DNA of 64,000 bases from NCBI GenBank assembly GCA_964406665.1, contig CAYOSQ010000002.1, forward strand, positions 118,219-182,218. The letters run 5' to 3'. Below, one piece after another: positions 60,249 through 64,000 of this stretch. Source of the stretch: an uncultured Planctomycetia bacterium (lineage in GTDB: Bacteria > Omnitrophota > Gorgyraeia > VGKH01 > JBHPFN01). Numbering within the stretch: the stretch's first letter is position 1; the number at the start of each line of letters is the position of its first letter. The notes under the pieces are model-generated. The model did not search any database and had not been told where the DNA came from. It was given only the letters and a program-made list of their open reading frames with translations. The position numbers and the translations under genes were made by a program.

Positions 60249-61346
60249 TTATGAAAGTAGCTTTTCATATATAGATATATGATTATCTATTACAGAATTT
60301 AATTCGTGGGTCTTTTTTACATATTCATAGCCAGTTTCTCCAAGATTTTTCCAGCGATTATTCTCTAACAAAAATTCTAGCCCTTTAGCATAGTCATCAT
60401 TTTTTACGTAACATCCGAAACTTTTAGCAAAATCGTCAGGGTCTTGCTCAGTGCCACTTAAAATAGCGCACTTGTGCGCGGCGGCTTCAAGAAAACACAT
60501 GGGTAAGCATTCTCTAACAGACGTATTAATTAAAATCCAACTTTTCTCAAGAATATTTGAAAATTTTTCGTATGAAGAAAACTTATCTACAAAACCAACC
60601 ATTTCTAGATTGGGAATTCGGCCAAATTTTTCTTTCAAGTAATTATCATATTTTTCATCATGGCTCTTACCCAATAGTAAGAATTTCACATTCGGGAATT
60701 GTTTTGCAAGCAGACAGAATAGTTCCGGACGTTTAATAATATCAAGTCTTCCTACGAAACTAACTGTTGGGTTGACAGATTTGCTTAATTGCCTTTCAGG
60801 AATTGATATAGGATTTGGTAAAAATTCTGGGTCTTTTGACAATTTGTAAATTTTCTTAGCCTTTGGTATTACGAACTTAGCTTGACAGAAAACTGCATCA
60901 GCCATTCTAACACTTTGATTATTAAAGTAATTGTGTTCATAGATATATGATAAAGGAAAGGTTATTTTTTTTGAAGAAGTCCAATATTTATGAAAAATTT
61001 CCCAATCATGTTTATCTCTTGGATCCTGACAAGTTATTATGTGTTTTCTGCTCGGCATGCTTTTCATTGCTAGATATGTTCCGAAGGAAGGTTCTTGAGA
61101 ATGATAAATATCGGAATTTGTAAGTTTGTATAGTTTTTTTACAAACAAACAGTGACTGGGCTTAAAACCATATATGGTCATCCCGTCAAGCTTTTCGATA
61201 GGTTTCTGATTTTTCCGCAGAGGGACCACAACGGAGACATCGATGCCTTTTTTAACAAGCTCCTTTCCTATTGTGCGAGCTAAACTACCAAAACCACCAT
61301 ATTTACCATAAGCAAAAATTTGACTAACAACAAAACAAATCTTCAT
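60249..61346 (-). CDS. Glycosyltransferase family 4
   Basis: GGFG, FVGRL..KRP, ECLPMCFLEA. Confidence 0.88.
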   Translation of the reverse strand: MKICFVVSQIFAYGKYGGFGSLARTIGKELVKKGIDVSVVVPLRKNQKPIEKLDGMTIYGFKPSHCLFVKKLYKLTNSDIYHSQEPSFGTYLAMKSMPSRKHIITCQDPRDKHDWEIFHKYWTSSKKITFPLSYIYEHNYFNNQSVRMADAVFCQAKFVIPKAKKIYKLSKDPEFLPNPISIPERQLSKSVNPTVSFVGRLDIIKRPELFCLLAKQFPNVKFLLLGKSHDEKYDNYLKEKFGRIPNLEMVGFVDKFSSYEKFSNILEKSWILINTSVRECLPMCFLEAAAHKCAILSGTEQDPDDFAKSFGCYVKNDDYAKGLEFLLENNRWKNLGETGYEYVKKTHELNSVIDNHISIYEKLLS

Positions 61347-61348
61347 TT

Positions 61349-62284
61349 TTATTTATTCTCTTTCATAATAGAATGAAATTCTGACAAAGTAGTAAATTTT
61401 GCTCCCAAACAATTAAAAAAATTCAAAATAGCTTCAATCCTTTTTAAAATTTTTCTAGAGTCTTTTTCTCTTTTAGAATAGGGGCTTACCCCAGGAATAA
61501 TCTCAACACTATGAAACATCATGCAGAAAAATATATTTTGATTGCTGTTAAATTTTTTTAAGAACCTTCTTATCAAAAGTTTTTGTTCTAAAACAGTCAT
61601 CAGGCTTGGTCTTAACCATGAATAATAGAACCACTTGCTAGGTAAAAAGGGAAATCTTTTCCCAGAGATGCTAACCGGAACCTCTAAAATCTCTTTCTCT
61701 ACTCCTTTTTTACCAAAATCTTTTGAATCCACGAAATAAGGTTGTTCTGGGAAATCTCTAAAATTTGGTCCGTTTTTTCTTCGCCAATCTACATGAGGAG
61801 TAACGCTGCTATCAACTAGATATCCAAGCTTAGTCAATGAATTAACAGAACTTAAATCAGCACCAAATCTGCCAGCTCGGTACGACGTTGGGTTAAAGCC
61901 AATTCTTTTTTTAAAAGAGCTTGTTATGTTTTTTAATTTCTCAAATTCTATATCGTCAGAATAATCCAGGCAAGCAAACTTCTCTGCTTTTTTCCCACTT
62001 GATTCTTCAAAATCTTTTTCAGGTTCAACAAATTCAGGATGTAGATGCACGCCGAACTCTTTTTTACCTTTTAGCGATAATAAAGCAGGAATACAGTTAT
62101 CATTCTTGATAATTTCTGGGCTCAAAAAATACGTTGGCGCAACTCCAGCCTTACTGAAAATTGGTTGGAGAAGATTAGGTATCCCATCCGTAACTGATTT
62201 AAAAGTTAACGGGGAGGATCGACTCCAATCAGCGGAACAATCTGGCTCAACGTCTATTGTGACAGCAACATAAATATTACTCAT
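61349..62284 (-). CDS. Polysaccharide deacetylase (WalW-like)
   Basis: VTIDVEPD, GVHLHP, YRAGRF, DSSV, MFHSVE. Confidence 0.8.
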   Translation of the reverse strand: MSNIYVAVTIDVEPDCSADWSRSSPLTFKSVTDGIPNLLQPIFSKAGVAPTYFLSPEIIKNDNCIPALLSLKGKKEFGVHLHPEFVEPEKDFEESSGKKAEKFACLDYSDDIEFEKLKNITSSFKKRIGFNPTSYRAGRFGADLSSVNSLTKLGYLVDSSVTPHVDWRRKNGPNFRDFPEQPYFVDSKDFGKKGVEKEILEVPVSISGKRFPFLPSKWFYYSWLRPSLMTVLEQKLLIRRFLKKFNSNQNIFFCMMFHSVEIIPGVSPYSKREKDSRKILKRIEAILNFFNCLGAKFTTLSEFHSIMKENK

Positions 62285-62299
62285 AAAACTTAGCTTTCT

Positions 62300-63421
62300 T
62301 CAAGATAAAGATTCGATGATTTCCTTGTAACTTCTTGATATTTTTGACCAGTTAAATTCTTTTTCAATTCTTGCTTTTGCTTTTTCACCTAACGCTCTTT
62401 GCAAAGATTCATCGTTTATCAACATAAGCAAAGATTTCCTAATAGCAACTTGATTCCTCGGTTCGACCAGAATCGCAGCATCCCCAACAACTTCCCTGCA
62501 TCCTCCTGCGTCGGAACTAATTATAGCCATTCCAGCTGACATAGCTTCAAGTAAAACTTCTGGAAAATTTTCTTTCTCAGAAAGAAAAACAAATATTGAT
62601 GACGTATTAAATAAATCATGAAACTCTTGAGATTCTTTTTCAACTCTACCTTTAAAATTAACTTTTAAATCCAGTCTTTGAGATATTTTAATTAATTCAC
62701 TTAAGTAAGGACCATCACCAACTATATTTATTTCGTAATCGAGGCTTAAATCTTTTATTGCTTCCAAGAAATATTGGAAACCTTTAAATTTAAAGATTCG
62801 AGAAAGCAGCAGTATCTTTTTTTCTTTTTTGCTTTGAAATTTAAATTCATTTATATCAATTCCATTTGGGATAACAGTTAGCTGCGGCACCACATTATTG
62901 GCTAACCCATCATTAATTAAATTACTTAGATATCCCGAAGCACAAGTAACTCTTTCCGAGTTTCTTAAAACAGCTTTCCATAAAGGTAAAAATAGTTTGT
63001 GTTCTAGCTTAAATCTTTCTGTATTATGTCCCGGGACATCCGAACCGTGTGCTGTAATGAAATACCGCAAGCCGGTAAGTTTCTTTATGATTAAGGCTAA
63101 AACTCCGGTTGGGAAGATAAAATGGGTGTGATTAATTAAATATTGATTTTTTTTTACTAATGAATAAACTTGAGGAACGGCAAGAACAATAAAAACTAAC
63201 ATCTCGATAATATTGCTCGAGTGTTTTTTTGATCTAATGCCTGGCATTCTAAAAATATTTATGTCACCAACTTGTTCTTTTCTGGGAAGATTTTTGTATC
63301 CCATGGTTACAACATCAATTTCGTAACCTAGGTCTACTAGTTTTTTGGCTAATTTATAAGATGCATAAGAGCCTCCACCTCCGATCGGAGGAAACTCGTA
63401 ATTAATCAGTAAAATTCTCAT
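62300..63421 (-). CDS. Glycosyltransferase family 4
   Basis: YEFPPIGGG, HGSD, PNG, KG, ENFPEVLLEAM. Confidence 0.92.
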   Translation of the reverse strand: MRILLINYEFPPIGGGGSYASYKLAKKLVDLGYEIDVVTMGYKNLPRKEQVGDINIFRMPGIRSKKHSSNIIEMLVFIVLAVPQVYSLVKKNQYLINHTHFIFPTGVLALIIKKLTGLRYFITAHGSDVPGHNTERFKLEHKLFLPLWKAVLRNSERVTCASGYLSNLINDGLANNVVPQLTVIPNGIDINEFKFQSKKEKKILLLSRIFKFKGFQYFLEAIKDLSLDYEINIVGDGPYLSELIKISQRLDLKVNFKGRVEKESQEFHDLFNTSSIFVFLSEKENFPEVLLEAMSAGMAIISSDAGGCREVVGDAAILVEPRNQVAIRKSLLMLINDESLQRALGEKAKARIEKEFNWSKISRSYKEIIESLS

Positions 63422-63429
63422 ATTTAGAA

Positions 63430-63999
63430 TTAAAGACTATCCTTCACCAGATAAGTTGGATGATTGCGACTTTCATGATAAATACGAGCCATCATTTCTC
63501 CCAGAAGTCCCATCATTATAATTTGGATTCCCAAAACAGAAAACAAGATTGCTAAATATAGCAAAGGATTTCCAGTCATGTCTTTACCCTGAACCAATTT
63601 TAAAATAATTAGCATTATTCCACATGCGCCACTTAAAAACAGGGATAATATACCCCAGGTTCCAAAAAGCTGTATGGGCTTAGTCGAAAAACTTAAGAGA
63701 AATTTTACAGTGATTAAATCCAGCACTTCACGGAAAGTTCTTGATAATCCATATTTTGTTTTTCCGAACTTTCTTGGGTGATGCTGAACTTGAATCTCAG
63801 CTATGTTAACACCGTTCCAGCTTGCAAGAGCTGGTATAAATCGATGCATCTCACCGTAAAGATTTATATTCTTTACTACATCTTTTTTATAGGCTTTTAA
63901 GGTACAGCCATAATCATGTAAGTGAACGCCAGTAATGATGGATATTAAAAAATTAGCTATTTTTGAAGGAATGCGCTTGGATAGAGGATCATTTCTTTT
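63430..63999 (-). CDS. GT2 polyprenyl-phosphate glycosyltransferase (ArnC-like), 5' truncated
   Basis: Frame open to window end: LHDYGCTLKAY...LYGEMHRFIP, HHPRKFGKTKY, two C-terminal TMs, GLLGE. Confidence 0.88.
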   Translation of the reverse strand, partial: KRNDPLSKRIPSKIANFLISIITGVHLHDYGCTLKAYKKDVVKNINLYGEMHRFIPALASWNGVNIAEIQVQHHPRKFGKTKYGLSRTFREVLDLITVKFLLSFSTKPIQLFGTWGILSLFLSGACGIMLIILKLVQGKDMTGNPLLYLAILFSVLGIQIIMMGLLGEMMARIYHESRNHPTYLVKDSL

Positions 64000-64000
64000 C

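Noticed and set aside
1293-63131. All short plus-strand ORFs in the track
   Set aside because: Nearly all lie antisense to well-supported genes and none has a recognisable motif; treated as shadow ORFs
1-64000. CRISPR arrays, rRNA, IS elements
   Set aside because: No repeat-spacer pattern, rRNA-like sequence or transposase motif seen by eye

Overview
AT-rich bacterial chromosome segment in which every supportable gene lies on the minus strand. The gene set and order suggest a PVC-superphylum organism such as Ca. Omnitrophota; this is inferred, not verified. In transcription order (right to left) the window holds: a surface-glycan cluster (GT2, GT4s, deacetylase, methyltransferases, AlkP-family enzyme, nucleotidyltransferase, PfkB kinase, B12 radical SAM, flippase-like protein, GT-C, DegT); uvrA; a TPR-ExbB-ExbD-short TonB-like-Zn ribbon-wHTH-PilX-like operon; a type IV filament locus led by a small Xis/BldC-like HTH gene (PilMN fusion, PilO, PilP, secretin, PilB, PilC, three pilins); tRNA-Ile2 and tRNA-Val; a Zn-ribbon protein; rnhA overlapping the RNase P RNA gene; a long housekeeping run (yebC to mreBCD-mrdA-rodA); and a c-di-GMP operon with three GGDEF proteins, a stand-alone MshEN protein and two more PilB-type ATPases. 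The main candidates for undescribed biology are (1) the rnhA/rnpB dual-coding overlap, with a long flanking stem and an atypical RNase P S-domain, (2) the GGDEF-MshEN-double PilB module, (3) the ExbBD motor operon ending in a minor pilin, and (4) 10-bp phased repeats at the promoter of the BldC-like gene heading the pilus operon. No CRISPR array, rRNA, transposase or integrase was seen.
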